Part shown: positions 18,192-27,025 of the stretch, in pieces
Position numbering within the stretch: position 1 is the first letter of the stretch
Layout of the letters: every line of letters starts with the position of its first letter
Source: Candidatus Eiseniibacteriota bacterium
Lineage (GTDB): Bacteria > Eisenbacteria > RBG-16-71-46
Direction of reading: 5' to 3'
Assembly (NCBI GenBank): GCA_031364845.1
Contig: JANLWX010000086.1
Coordinates: 1 to 27,025, forward strand
Length of the DNA: 27,025 nucleotides
The notes under the pieces: generated by a model
The model's input: the letters and a program-made list of their open reading frames with translations, nothing else
What the model was told of the DNA's origin: nothing
Databases searched by the model: none
Made by a program: the position numbers and the translations under genes

Positions 18192-19364
18192 ATGAAACCG
18201 CGCATCGTCATTCTCGGCGGCGCCGGCGCCATGGGCCGCATCACCGCGCGTGATCTGGTCCGCACCGGGCGCGGCACCCTGCAAGTCGTCGTCGCCGATC
18301 GTGACGCCGCGCTCGAACCCGAGCCGGGCGTCGAGTACGTGAGCGTCAATGTCGCAGATCCCGCGAGCCTCAATCGTGTGCTGCGCGGCGCGTATGCGGT
18401 GATCACGTCGCTGCCCTATCAGCTCAACCTCGCGGCGATGCACGGTGCGCTCGCGACCGGAGCGCACTACGTCGATCTCGGCGGCCTGTTCCACGTCACG
18501 CGCCAGCAACTCGAGCTCGCGCCCGAATTTGAACGCAAAGGAATCATGGCGCTGCTCGGCATGGGCTCGGCCCCCGGGATCATCAACGTGCTCGCGGTCC
18601 ATGCCGCGCGCGACATGGACACCGTGCGCGAAGTGCACTGCCTGGTCGGCGCGGTCGATCACACGAAGTACCGCAACGTTCCGCCGCTCGGCTTCGGCTA
18701 TTCGCCCGACACGCTGCTCGACGAATACGTGATGCCGTCCGCCGTGTTCCGCCGCGGCGAGTTCGGCATGGTTCCAGCACTCGATCCCGGCGAACGCATC
18801 ACCGTGCGATTCCCCAAGCCGATCGGCAAGCTCGTCGTCGACTCCACGCTGCACTCAGAAGTCGCGACCCTTCCACTTCACTTCGCGAACCGCGGCGTGC
18901 GCGAGGTCACCTTCCGCCAGGCGTTCGATCCCGCGTTCCGCGACAAGGTGCAGTTCATCGTCGAACTGGGCCTGGCAGACACCACGGCCCGCAGCGGCGG
19001 GAAGAGCCCGCGTCAGATGCTGATCGATCTGCTCGGCCGCTTCCCCGCGATCGAGCGCGTCGGCAGGCCCGCGCGCTACGAAGTATTGCGCGCGCTGGTG
19101 CTCGGCAAACGCGGCGGGCGGAATGTGGCCGTGGCCGCCGACTGCCATGCGGGTCCCCGGGCCGGCTGGGGCATCGGCCCCGACATCGACACCGGTGCTC
19201 CGCCGTCCATTGCCGTACAGCTCATGTTGTCTGGTGAGATCCCGCTGCGACCCGGCGTATGGGCGCCCGAGCAGATCGTGCCGGTGGCGCCTTTGATCCG
19301 CGAGCTCGAGCGGCGCGGCATGCGCGTGACGCGCCGGGCGCAAGCGACGGCCGCCAAGCGTTAG
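18192..19364 (+). CDS. Saccharopine dehydrogenase-family oxidoreductase (lysine 6-dehydrogenase / carboxy(nor)spermidine dehydrogenase-like)
   Basis: SD AGGAG; Rossmann GGAGAMG, HYVDLGG, GSAPG, YSPDTLLDEY, HSEVATLP, GVWAPE. Confidence 0.87.
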   Translation: MKPRIVILGGAGAMGRITARDLVRTGRGTLQVVVADRDAALEPEPGVEYVSVNVADPASLNRVLRGAYAVITSLPYQLNLAAMHGALATGAHYVDLGGLFHVTRQQLELAPEFERKGIMALLGMGSAPGIINVLAVHAARDMDTVREVHCLVGAVDHTKYRNVPPLGFGYSPDTLLDEYVMPSAVFRRGEFGMVPALDPGERITVRFPKPIGKLVVDSTLHSEVATLPLHFANRGVREVTFRQAFDPAFRDKVQFIVELGLADTTARSGGKSPRQMLIDLLGRFPAIERVGRPARYEVLRALVLGKRGGRNVAVAADCHAGPRAGWGIGPDIDTGAPPSIAVQLMLSGEIPLRPGVWAPEQIVPVAPLIRELERRGMRVTRRAQATAAKR

Positions 19365-19450
19365 CGAAGCGCGCAGACGGCGCGGGCTGGCCGGCGCTTC
19401 GAACTCCACGCGAGCGCCGCGCTCCGTTCCGCACCCGATCCCATTTCGGG

Positions 19451-19456
19451 TAAGCT
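19451..19456 (+). promoter_or_regulatory. Putative -10 element of a leaderless mqnD transcript
   Basis: TAAGCT 7 nt before ATG 19464; no SD. Confidence 0.4.
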
Positions 19457-19463
19457 CCGCCGC

Positions 19464-20315
19464 ATGAATCCTACCTCCGCCTCTTTGAGAACGTTGCGCT
19501 TCGGGCACAGCCCGGACGCCGATGATGCCTACATGTTCTATGGATTTCACACCGGCAAGGCCGCCATCGAGGGATGCAACGTCGAGCACGTGCTCGAGGA
19601 CATCCAGAGCCTGAATCGCCGCGCGCTCGAGCGCGCCGACCTCGAGATCACCGCCGTTTCGGCGCACGCCTACGCTCACCTCGGCGATCGTTACGCGGTG
19701 CTCGCGTGCGGTGCCTCGATGGGTATGGGCTACGGCCCCGTGGTGGTCGCGAAGGAGCCGCGCACGCTCGACTCGCTGCGCGGCAAATGCGTCGCGATTC
19801 CCGGACCACTCACGACCGCCGCACTGCTGTTGCGCATCGAATGCCCCGAAGCGATTCCGGTCGACGTGATGTTCGATCGGATTCCCGCGGCGGTGCTCGC
19901 GGGCGAAGTCGATGCCGGCGTGATCATCCATGAAAGCCAGCTCACCTACCGCGAGGAAGGTCTCGTCAAGGTTCTCGATTTCGGCGAGCTATGGCGGGAT
20001 CGCGATGCACTGCCGGTGCCGCTCGGTCTCGACGTCGTGCGTCGCGATCTCGGCGCCGGGTTGATGCGCGCCGTGAGCGAAGGCTTCCGCGCCAGCATCG
20101 TCGCCGCCCACGAGAACGAGGACGAGGCGATTGCCTACGCGCTGCAGTTCGGACGCGGTCTCGACACCGCGCAGGGCAAGACGTTCGTCCACATGTACGT
20201 GAACCCGCTCACGCTCGACATGGGCGACGTCGGGCACCGCGCGCTGGCACTGCTGTACTCGAAGGCAGTCGCCGCAGGAGCGATCGCGAAGGCGCCGGAG
20301 ATCGAGATCATCTAG
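19464..20315 (+). CDS. mqnD: MqnA/MqnD/SBP family protein, probable 1,4-dihydroxy-6-naphthoate synthase (futalosine pathway)
   Basis: GHSPDADDAYMFY, DIQSLN, GASMGMGYGP, AIPGPLTTA, IIHESQLTY, PVPLG, MYVN. Confidence 0.82.
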   Translation: MNPTSASLRTLRFGHSPDADDAYMFYGFHTGKAAIEGCNVEHVLEDIQSLNRRALERADLEITAVSAHAYAHLGDRYAVLACGASMGMGYGPVVVAKEPRTLDSLRGKCVAIPGPLTTAALLLRIECPEAIPVDVMFDRIPAAVLAGEVDAGVIIHESQLTYREEGLVKVLDFGELWRDRDALPVPLGLDVVRRDLGAGLMRAVSEGFRASIVAAHENEDEAIAYALQFGRGLDTAQGKTFVHMYVNPLTLDMGDVGHRALALLYSKAVAAGAIAKAPEIEII

Positions 20316-20331
20316 TCCCGGAGGAGGATTC

Positions 20332-21450
20332 GTGCCGCGCTCCTTGCACCTGAAAGTGCTCGACTGTCTTCGGGGACAGTTGGCCATCGCGATTGCGGTC
20401 CTGGCCTTCGGCATGACACCCGAACCCACCCACGCCTCGAGCGGCCCGAGCACGTTCTCGATCGTCGCGTGGGATTCGCTGACCGGCGAACTCGGTGTCG
20501 CGGTTCAGTCCAAGTACTTCAGCGTCGGCGGCGTGGTGCCATGGGCCGAGGCCGGCGTCGGCGCGGTCGCGACGCAAGCCCAGGTCAACGCGTCCTACGG
20601 CCCCAAGGCGCTCGCGATGATGCGGGCCGGCATGTCGCCCGCCGAGATCCTGCGCGCCTTCGAATCCGTCGACTCGCTGTGGAACGTTCGCCAGCTCGGG
20701 ATCGTCGATGCGCGCGGGCGCGTCGCGAACTGGACCGGATCCAAGTGCAACGACTGGGCGGGCGGTGAGACCGGCGTGGACTTCGCCTGCCAGGGCAACA
20801 TCCTCGCGGGGCCGGCGGTGGTGTCGAAGATGGCGCAGGCGTTTCGCGAGACCCGCGGGGAACTCGGTGAGCGGTTGATCGCAGCTCTCGAGGGCGCGCA
20901 GTCGGCGGGCGGCGACAAGCGTGGCCAGCAATCGGCAGCGCTGATCGTCGTGCGGCCGAGCACCTCGCATCCCGAATACGAACACCGCTATGTCGATCTG
21001 AGGGTCGAGGATCACCGAGCGCCGATCACGGAACTGCGCCGGCTGTGGCATATCCATCAGGGCTTCCACAATGCCGGCGCCCACATGGAATTCGCGCGCG
21101 AGTACGACGCCGCGGGACGCACGGAACTCGCCGCGCGTGAGCGCGAACGTGTGCATCAGATTCTCATGGGCGCGCTGGCGCGGGGCGAGCGGGATGCCTC
21201 GATGTTGAACGGACTCGCGTGGGCGTGCGCGACGAACGGCGTCGAACTCGCAGACGCCGCGCGTGCCGCCGAGCGTGCAGCGAAGCTCGAGCCGCGCAGC
21301 GCCGACATCCTCGACACGCTCGCCGAGATCTACTTCAGAATGGGTCGCGTGAAGGAGGCGATCGCCGTGGAAACGCGTGCCTCGGCGATCGACCCCAAGA
21401 GCCAGTACCTCAAGGATCAGATCGCGCGCTTCAGGTCCGGCCGCCCGTAG
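20332..21450 (+). CDS. DUF1028 (Ntn-hydrolase-like) exported protein with C-terminal TPR
   Basis: SD GGAGGAGG; signal-like N-terminus, then [51 protein letters not shown]-like LNGLAW...[10 protein letters not shown]. Confidence 0.87.
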   Translation: MPRSLHLKVLDCLRGQLAIAIAVLAFGMTPEPTHASSGPSTFSIVAWDSLTGELGVAVQSKYFSVGGVVPWAEAGVGAVATQAQVNASYGPKALAMMRAGMSPAEILRAFESVDSLWNVRQLGIVDARGRVANWTGSKCNDWAGGETGVDFACQGNILAGPAVVSKMAQAFRETRGELGERLIAALEGAQSAGGDKRGQQSAALIVVRPSTSHPEYEHRYVDLRVEDHRAPITELRRLWHIHQGFHNAGAHMEFAREYDAAGRTELAARERERVHQILMGALARGERDASMLNGLAWACATNGVELADAARAAERAAKLEPRSADILDTLAEIYFRMGRVKEAIAVETRASAIDPKSQYLKDQIARFRSGRP

Positions 21451-22555
21451 ACGCCGGGCCGGGCGCGTTCCTGCGCCCGCGCAGATACGCGCGCCCGCGT
21501 TCCATCAGCGCTTCGAAGCCGGCTTCATCGCGGTCGCGCACCACGGCCCTCAGATGTTCGACCGCTTCCGACAGTGCATTCAACGCGTCGGCTCCGAAAT
21601 CGTTGAGCGACTGGATCTCGAAGTAGAGATGCGGATTCTCTTCAGCTACGGCGGCCGCGATCGCGAGTTGGGCGTCGAACGTGGTGCTCGACAATTGCGC
21701 GAGCCGCGGCGCGGCCTCCCCGCTTCCGCTGAGTGCTGAGAAGAACGCGATGTTGAGCGCGTGCGACAATCCGAGCACGTAGGCAATCAGACGATCGTGG
21801 CGCTCGAGATCCATCTCGACCAGAGTCGCCATCGTCGATTGGAACAACGCGCGCGCAGTAGCGGTCGCTTCGGCCGAACCGAGGTCGACGAAAATCACAT
21901 GGCGTCCGGAGAGGAGTTCGGTGTCGGGGCCGAACATCGGATGGATCGACGTCACACGCACGCCCGCCTTCACCAGCTCCTCGAGACCTGAACGCAGCGG
22001 GCTCTTGAGCGATCCGATGTCGAACACCACACCCGGCGGCTTGTGCGCGGCGAGCGCTTCGAGGATCGCGTTCGAGATACGCAGCGGTGCGGCCACCACG
22101 ATCAGGTCGTGATCGAGGGTCATAGCGCTCCAATCGGCGTGATGCGCGAACCCATCCACCGCGCCCGCGGGGTCGGCGACTTCGACTTCGTAGCCCTGTG
22201 ACTGGAGGAACCGCGCGATCCAGCGACCCATCTTGCCGGCTCCGCCGATCACCAGCACACGCTTGCCCGATCCCACTCCGGTCGCCGCCACGTGATCCTG
22301 CTCCTGCACGGTGAGCGACGAGCGGATCAGCGACAGCACCAGTTGCTCGGCGAGATCCGGCGGGACGCCGAGCTCGCGCGCCGCGGCGCGCGCACGTTCG
22401 ACGACTTCGCGTTCCTGATCGAAGTCGCGGGTCGGCCGGCCGGCGAGGCGTTTGGCCTCGCCGATTTCGGAGGCGAGCGACTGCCGCCGCGCGATCAGCG
22501 CAAGCAGGTCATGATCGATGCGCGCGAGTTCGCGGCGAAGCTCGGGCAGTTCCAT
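21431..22555 (-). CDS. tyrA: Bifunctional chorismate mutase / prephenate dehydrogenase (T-protein)
   Basis: N-terminal AroQ-like [16 protein letters not shown]; then [31 protein letters not shown]. Overlaps the convergent DUF1028 gene by 20 nt. Confidence 0.9.
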   Translation of the reverse strand: MELPELRRELARIDHDLLALIARRQSLASEIGEAKRLAGRPTRDFDQEREVVERARAAARELGVPPDLAEQLVLSLIRSSLTVQEQDHVAATGVGSGKRVLVIGGAGKMGRWIARFLQSQGYEVEVADPAGAVDGFAHHADWSAMTLDHDLIVVAAPLRISNAILEALAAHKPPGVVFDIGSLKSPLRSGLEELVKAGVRVTSIHPMFGPDTELLSGRHVIFVDLGSAEATATARALFQSTMATLVEMDLERHDRLIAYVLGLSHALNIAFFSALSGSGEAAPRLAQLSSTTFDAQLAIAAAVAEENPHLYFEIQSLNDFGADALNALSEAVEHLRAVVRDRDEAGFEALMERGRAYLRGRRNAPGPASTGGRT

Positions 22556-22561
22556 GGAGTG

Positions 22562-22590
22562 ACGGTAGTGAAGTTGGAGGGCGGCGGCAA
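22562..22590 (-). promoter_or_regulatory. Putative sigma70 promoter of leaderless tyrA
   Basis: Minus strand TTGCCG-N17-TACCGT, 6 nt before ATG 22555; no SD. Confidence 0.55.
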
Positions 22591-22631
22591 TGGCCAGGAG
22601 AGCGGTGCCTGGACCCAAAGGCGGCACCTTC

Positions 22632-22771
22632 ACGCCGACGCCCGAGTGCGGAGACGACGAGCCGACGCCGTCGCAGACCGAGGGCCCGTTCTATTCGCCG
22701 AACTCGCCCCTGCGCACGTCGTTCACCGACGCGCAGGGACGCTACCGTATGGAGACGGTGATGTCCGGTCG
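22632..22771 (+). pseudogene. Relic of an intradiol ring-cleavage dioxygenase-family gene
   Basis: [30 protein letters not shown] is joined directly to FTDAQGRYRMETVMSG. These two family motifs are normally about 50 aa apart; the frame is truncated at both ends. Confidence 0.7.
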
Positions 22772-22779
22772 CCCGCCGG

Positions 22780-22998
22780 TCAGCTCCCTTCGGGCAAGAA
22801 CCAATGGATGTACCCGCAACGCCCGCACACGTAGCAGTCCGCGCTCGGCTGTATCCACTCGAGATCGAAGAACGACGCGACCGCGGTGTGAAGTTGGGCG
22901 CGACGATGCCAGAACTGGTCGTGCTTGCAGATCTCGCACCTGAGCTGAATTCCCGCGACGTTTGCGGGTTCGGGGTCAGATTTGCCGAAGAGTCCCAT
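22780..22998 (-). CDS. Small Zn-ribbon protein (72 aa)
   Basis: SD AGGAGGG before ATG 22998; CEIC...CGRCGYIHWF. Confidence 0.8.
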   Translation of the reverse strand: MGLFGKSDPEPANVAGIQLRCEICKHDQFWHRRAQLHTAVASFFDLEWIQPSADCYVCGRCGYIHWFLPEGS

Positions 22999-23067
22999 CT
23001 CGAAATCCCTCCTATGGAAGTCGGTTCCAGGCTGGGCCGTGTGCACCCCCGCGAGCCGATAGCCCCG

Positions 23068-25791
23068 CTACGGCCGACCGCTCTGCATCATCAGCCACCG
23101 TTCGACGCGTTCGCTTTCGCGATCGTGCACGCCGGCGCATTCGCGCAGCGCGTCCTCCATGCGCTTGAGCGTGGCCTCGCCGCCGAGCACTTTGTGCTTC
23201 GGGTCGGAGAAGAACTTCTGCAGTGTTGCGAGCCGCTCGTTCGAACATCCCGATCCGAGGCCGACGATCCGCGCCGCGAAGTTGGGCGGTAGCTTCTCGC
23301 GCAGTTCGTCGAAATGGTCGAAGGTCCACTGCACGATTTCGTCCGGGTACATGTCCGAAGTGCGTCCTTCGCCGCCGAGGGAATTGAGCGCCGTGCCGCC
23401 CGGGATCACGAGTGTCTCCTGGGGACGCAACGGCCCGTTGAGCGCGTAGTCGAGCGCGGCACGGCGCAGCGCGGGATCGCGGAACGCGGCGAGGCCGTTC
23501 AGATACAGCGTGCGCTCGATCGGGACCTTCGTCGTTTCGAAACGCGTTCGATAGTCGTCGAACTGCGCGCGATCGCCGCGCACCGCGCCGACGACGATGC
23601 CGGTTTCCACCATCGAGGGCGGCACCGATGCCGCATCGCGCCGGTAGTCGCGGCTCAGCGTCTCGGCGTAGGCGATCACGCGCGAATCGTGCCCCTGTGC
23701 GAGCAACCGCAGCAGCGGCGGCCGCATGAACGAGACTCCGATCGGCTCGCCGGCGCTCGGGCGCATTCCGAAACGACGGACCGCGGGTTCGAGTGTCGCG
23801 CGCAGGAAGTGTGCGTAAGCGGAGTCGGCTCGCGGTGTCGTGAGCGCAACGCGCGTGTCGCTGAGCACGTCGACCGCGGCGCGCACGACCTCGGGAGCGG
23901 GATCGTCCGACAGCGGCGCCATCCATGCGAGATACCGATCACCCTGGAGCGTGCCCGCGCGCAGTTGCGCGGTCAGGTTCAGGATGAGGTCGATCCGCTC
24001 GCGCGGCATGAGCGACGCGCGCGACGACGCCACGAGCGACTCCAACATCGGCTCGGGCACGGCCCACCGGAAGTAGGCGCTCGCATTCGCATTGGGTTCG
24101 ATCCACGCGGGAGTCGCATCGACGCCGAGGCTCACCGTGGTGTCGGCGCCGGTCATCCACACGCGCAGCGTGCGGATCGAATCGGTCGCGGGATAGCGCA
24201 GGATCACCGGAATCGTCCAGCGTGGATTTTCCGCGGGCACTTCGCCGACGCTGACGAAGCGCTGTTGCGAGAGCTTCACCTTGCCCCCGGCGAGCGGCTC
24301 GATCGTCACCAGCGGAATACCGGGTTGCTCGAGGAACGTGGCCATCGCGCCGTCGATGTCTGCGCCCGACACTTTGCCCAGCGCGCGCCACAGATCGGAG
24401 GCATCGGCGTTGCCCCATGCGTGCGTGTTGATGTAGTCGACGACACCGAGCCGAAAGTTCTCCCGGCCGAGCCAGCCTTCGAACATCGTGAGCACCGACT
24501 CGCCTTTGTTGTAGGTGAGCGCGCTCGCGGTCTGGCCGAGGCTCATCGCTCCCACGACCGGGGCGCGCATTGCGCGCGTCGACAGTCGCGAATCGATCAG
24601 CTTCGCGCGCTCGGTCGAGAACAGCCGCGTCACGCTGTGATGGTTCTCGGGATAAACGTCGTCCATCGCCTTGGTCGCCATCCAGCTCGCGAACGACTCG
24701 TTGAGCCACAGATCGTCCCACCACCGCATGGTGACCAGGTCGCCGAACCACATGTGCGCGATCTCGTGGGCCATGATCGCCGTCAACGTTGCGCGTTGAT
24801 CGGGGCTGACCGAGCGCGGGTCGACCAGCAGCCGGCGGTCCGCGAACACGATCGCCCCGGCATTCTCCATCGCTCCGAACAGGAACTCGGGGGCCGCGAT
24901 CAGATCGAGCTTCTCGTAGGGATACGGGCGCCCGAAGTAACGTTCGAGCGAACGCATGATCGCGGGCGTGGCCTTGACCGCTTCGCCCGCGAGCCCGCTC
25001 GCGCCCTTCACGGTAACGACGCGGCCGGGAACCCCGAGGCCCGGAATCGGCACGGTCTCGAATGGGCCGACGATGATGGCGACCAGATAGCTCGGCATCG
25101 GCGGCGAGCGCTTGAACTCGACGCGCTTCATCGATTTCGCGGGCGCACCGCCGGGCTTTACGCGCTCTGCCGCCAGCGTGACCGCCCGCTCGATCGGCGT
25201 GTTGCTCACCGCAAGATCAGTGGTCGGCACCGTCATCCTCATCGTCCACGGAATCTTGAACTCGGGTTCGTCGAAGCACGGGAACGCTTCGCGCGCTTCG
25301 GTGTCTTCGAGCTGCGTGAACAGGTACCCGCGCCCGCCGGTCACCACGCGATAGAGCGAGATCGCCTTCGTGTTGTAGAGATTGTGAAAGTCGATCTCGA
25401 GCTTGTACGAAGCGGGCGCGAGCGGCTCGGCGAACGTGAGCCGCACCTGATCGGGCACCAGGCGCTCGACCTTCTGGATGGCGACAGCCCCGGACGGGCT
25501 CGTGAGCATCACCCGATCGATCGTCAGCGCGCGCGCGTGCAGGCGAAATTCGCGCACGCTCTGTTTGACCGCGATCGCGATCCGGACGTTGCCGCGATAG
25601 TCGGCCTGTTCGGGATCGAGCGTGAGGGAGACCTCCTGCTCGGTCGGCATGACGAGTTTGTCGAGACGCGGAGGGGCGGAATCGGGCGAAGCGACGACCG
25701 CGGGCGCTGGAACAGGCGCAGCGCTCACAGAGGCGGACGCGAGGAACACAGCGGCGATGAGTCCGAGGCCCCAACGGGGGAATGCGCGCAT
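23068..25791 (-). CDS. Secreted M1 family aminopeptidase with ERAP1-like C-terminal domain
   Basis: SD GGAG before ATG 25791; signal peptide; AREAFPCFDEP, GAMEN, HEIAH...WLNESFA (HEXXH-X18-E), YNKG. Confidence 0.93.
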   Translation of the reverse strand: MRAFPRWGLGLIAAVFLASASVSAAPVPAPAVVASPDSAPPRLDKLVMPTEQEVSLTLDPEQADYRGNVRIAIAVKQSVREFRLHARALTIDRVMLTSPSGAVAIQKVERLVPDQVRLTFAEPLAPASYKLEIDFHNLYNTKAISLYRVVTGGRGYLFTQLEDTEAREAFPCFDEPEFKIPWTMRMTVPTTDLAVSNTPIERAVTLAAERVKPGGAPAKSMKRVEFKRSPPMPSYLVAIIVGPFETVPIPGLGVPGRVVTVKGASGLAGEAVKATPAIMRSLERYFGRPYPYEKLDLIAAPEFLFGAMENAGAIVFADRRLLVDPRSVSPDQRATLTAIMAHEIAHMWFGDLVTMRWWDDLWLNESFASWMATKAMDDVYPENHHSVTRLFSTERAKLIDSRLSTRAMRAPVVGAMSLGQTASALTYNKGESVLTMFEGWLGRENFRLGVVDYINTHAWGNADASDLWRALGKVSGADIDGAMATFLEQPGIPLVTIEPLAGGKVKLSQQRFVSVGEVPAENPRWTIPVILRYPATDSIRTLRVWMTGADTTVSLGVDATPAWIEPNANASAYFRWAVPEPMLESLVASSRASLMPRERIDLILNLTAQLRAGTLQGDRYLAWMAPLSDDPAPEVVRAAVDVLSDTRVALTTPRADSAYAHFLRATLEPAVRRFGMRPSAGEPIGVSFMRPPLLRLLAQGHDSRVIAYAETLSRDYRRDAASVPPSMVETGIVVGAVRGDRAQFDDYRTRFETTKVPIERTLYLNGLAAFRDPALRRAALDYALNGPLRPQETLVIPGGTALNSLGGEGRTSDMYPDEIVQWTFDHFDELREKLPPNFAARIVGLGSGCSNERLATLQKFFSDPKHKVLGGEATLKRMEDALRECAGVHDRESERVERWLMMQSGRP

Positions 25792-25870
25792 GGTGGCTCC
25801 GATGAGGCGGATCCGGGTCTTCGTGAGCGAACGTGAGCGGCAAAATCGCGCGAAGGATAGCGCATGATCA

Positions 25871-25900
25871 TTGCCCGGCACACAGCGCATCCCTTACTGT
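25871..25900 (+). promoter_or_regulatory. Putative promoter of the kinase gene (short leader)
   Basis: TTGCCC-N18-TACTGT, 10 nt before ATG 25911; no SD. Confidence 0.35.
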
Positions 25901-25910
25901 GCGCCCCGTC

Positions 25911-27025
25911 ATGACCCTCACCGTCGGCGCCACCCTGTCCCACTATCGCCTCGTCGCTCCGATCGGCGAAGGCGGGATGGGTGTGGTGTGGCGCGCAACC
26001 GACTCGACGCTCGGGCGCGATGTCGCGATCAAGGTCCTGCCCGATCTGTTCGCGAGCGATCCCGAGCGCCTCGCCCGCTTCGAGCGCGAAGCGCGGCTGC
26101 TCGCCTCGCTCAACCATCCGCACGTCGCATCGATCTTCGGACTCGACTCTGCGAACGGAGTGCGGTTCCTCGCCATGGAACTGGTCGAAGGCGCGGATCT
26201 GTCCGAGCGTCTCCAGCACGGGCCGATTCCGGTGGCCGAGGCGCTGCCGATCGCGCTGCAGATCGCGCAGGCGCTGGAGCACGCGCACGAGCGCGGCGTC
26301 ATCCACCGCGATTTGAAGCCGGCCAACGTGAAGCTGACCGCGACCGGTGACGCCAAGGTGCTCGACTTCGGTCTCGCGAAGGCGCTCGAAGGCGAAGTCG
26401 CGTCGCCCGCGACGTCATCGCTGCGCTCGTTCTCTCCGACCATCACCGCCCACATGACCGGCGCTCAGGTGCTGCTCGGAACGGCTGCCTACATGTCGCC
26501 GGAACAGGCGCGCGGCCAGGTCGCCGACCGCCGCGCCGACATCTGGGCGTTCGGCGTGTTGCTGATGGAAATGCTCACCGGAAGCCGCCTGTTCCCGGGC
26601 GATACCATCTCGGACACGCTCGCCGGCGTGCTCAAGACAGATCCCGAGTGGAACGCGCTGCCCGCTGAGATTCCGGCGCGCGTCCGCAAGCTGCTGCGCC
26701 GCTGTCTCGAGCGCGATGCGAAACGGCGCCTGCGCGACATCGGCGAGGCGCGCATCATCCTCGAGGAAGTGATCGCCGGTGTGCCCGACGAGACCGTCGC
26801 CGTCGCCGCGGCCACGCCGCCGGCCGCGCCGGCGAAGCGCATCATGATGTGGGTCGCCGCCGGAGTCGCAGGTCTCGTGGTCGGGATCTTCGCGGCGATG
26901 ATCGCAGGCCGTGCGACGCACACACCGTCCGCTGCGCCGCTTACGAAGTTCCGCCTCGCGCTTCCCGCGGCCGACGGAGCGCCCGCGTACCCTTCGATCG
27001 CTCCCGACGGACGCTCGGTCGCCTA
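25911..27025 (+). CDS. Hanks-type Ser/Thr protein kinase with TM segment and start of a TolB/PD40-like repeat region (partial)
   Basis: Not in the ORF track because it runs off the window. Manual translation: MTLTVGATLSHYRL..IGEGGMGVV, VAIK, HRDLKPAN, DFGLAK, GTAAYMSPE, DIWAFG; TM IMMWVAAGVAGLVVGIFAAMI; ends PSIAPDGRSVA. Confidence 0.93.
   Translation, partial: MTLTVGATLSHYRLVAPIGEGGMGVVWRATDSTLGRDVAIKVLPDLFASDPERLARFEREARLLASLNHPHVASIFGLDSANGVRFLAMELVEGADLSERLQHGPIPVAEALPIALQIAQALEHAHERGVIHRDLKPANVKLTATGDAKVLDFGLAKALEGEVASPATSSLRSFSPTITAHMTGAQVLLGTAAYMSPEQARGQVADRRADIWAFGVLLMEMLTGSRLFPGDTISDTLAGVLKTDPEWNALPAEIPARVRKLLRRCLERDAKRRLRDIGEARIILEEVIAGVPDETVAVAAATPPAAPAKRIMMWVAAGVAGLVVGIFAAMIAGRATHTPSAAPLTKFRLALPAADGAPAYPSIAPDGRSVA

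Noticed and set aside
19365..19401. CGAAGCGC/GCGCTTCG inverted repeat as the operon terminator
   Set aside because: An 8-bp stem with a 21-nt loop and no U-tract, which is expected by chance at this GC content.

Overview
High-GC bacterial chromosomal window with about 25 CDSs; gene style suggests an uncultured lineage such as Candidatus Eisenbacteria or Acidobacteria (inference only). Left part: partial secreted protein, Zn-ribbon microprotein, HAD phosphatase, nnr, trxA, rhomboid, M24 peptidase-hflX, ridA-family gene. Next come a 38-nt 5' half of tRNA-Arg(CCU), broken in the anticodon loop, and a lower-GC segment encoding a 7-repeat lipoprotein. The centre (10.0-19.4 kb) is an omega-amine/lysine/polyamine metabolic cluster: a divergent ALDH, then an operon with an unusual lysine-epsilon-aminotransferase-like/GNAT-like fusion, two tandem ALDHs, a GabT-like aminotransferase and a saccharopine/lysine dehydrogenase-family enzyme. 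This cluster is the best candidate for an undescribed system. Right part: mqnD, DUF1028-TPR protein, tyrA, an internally deleted intradiol dioxygenase relic, a Zn-ribbon protein, an M1 aminopeptidase and a partial Ser/Thr kinase. No integrase, transposase, CRISPR array or rRNA was seen. All family calls come from motif recognition by eye, not from database searches.
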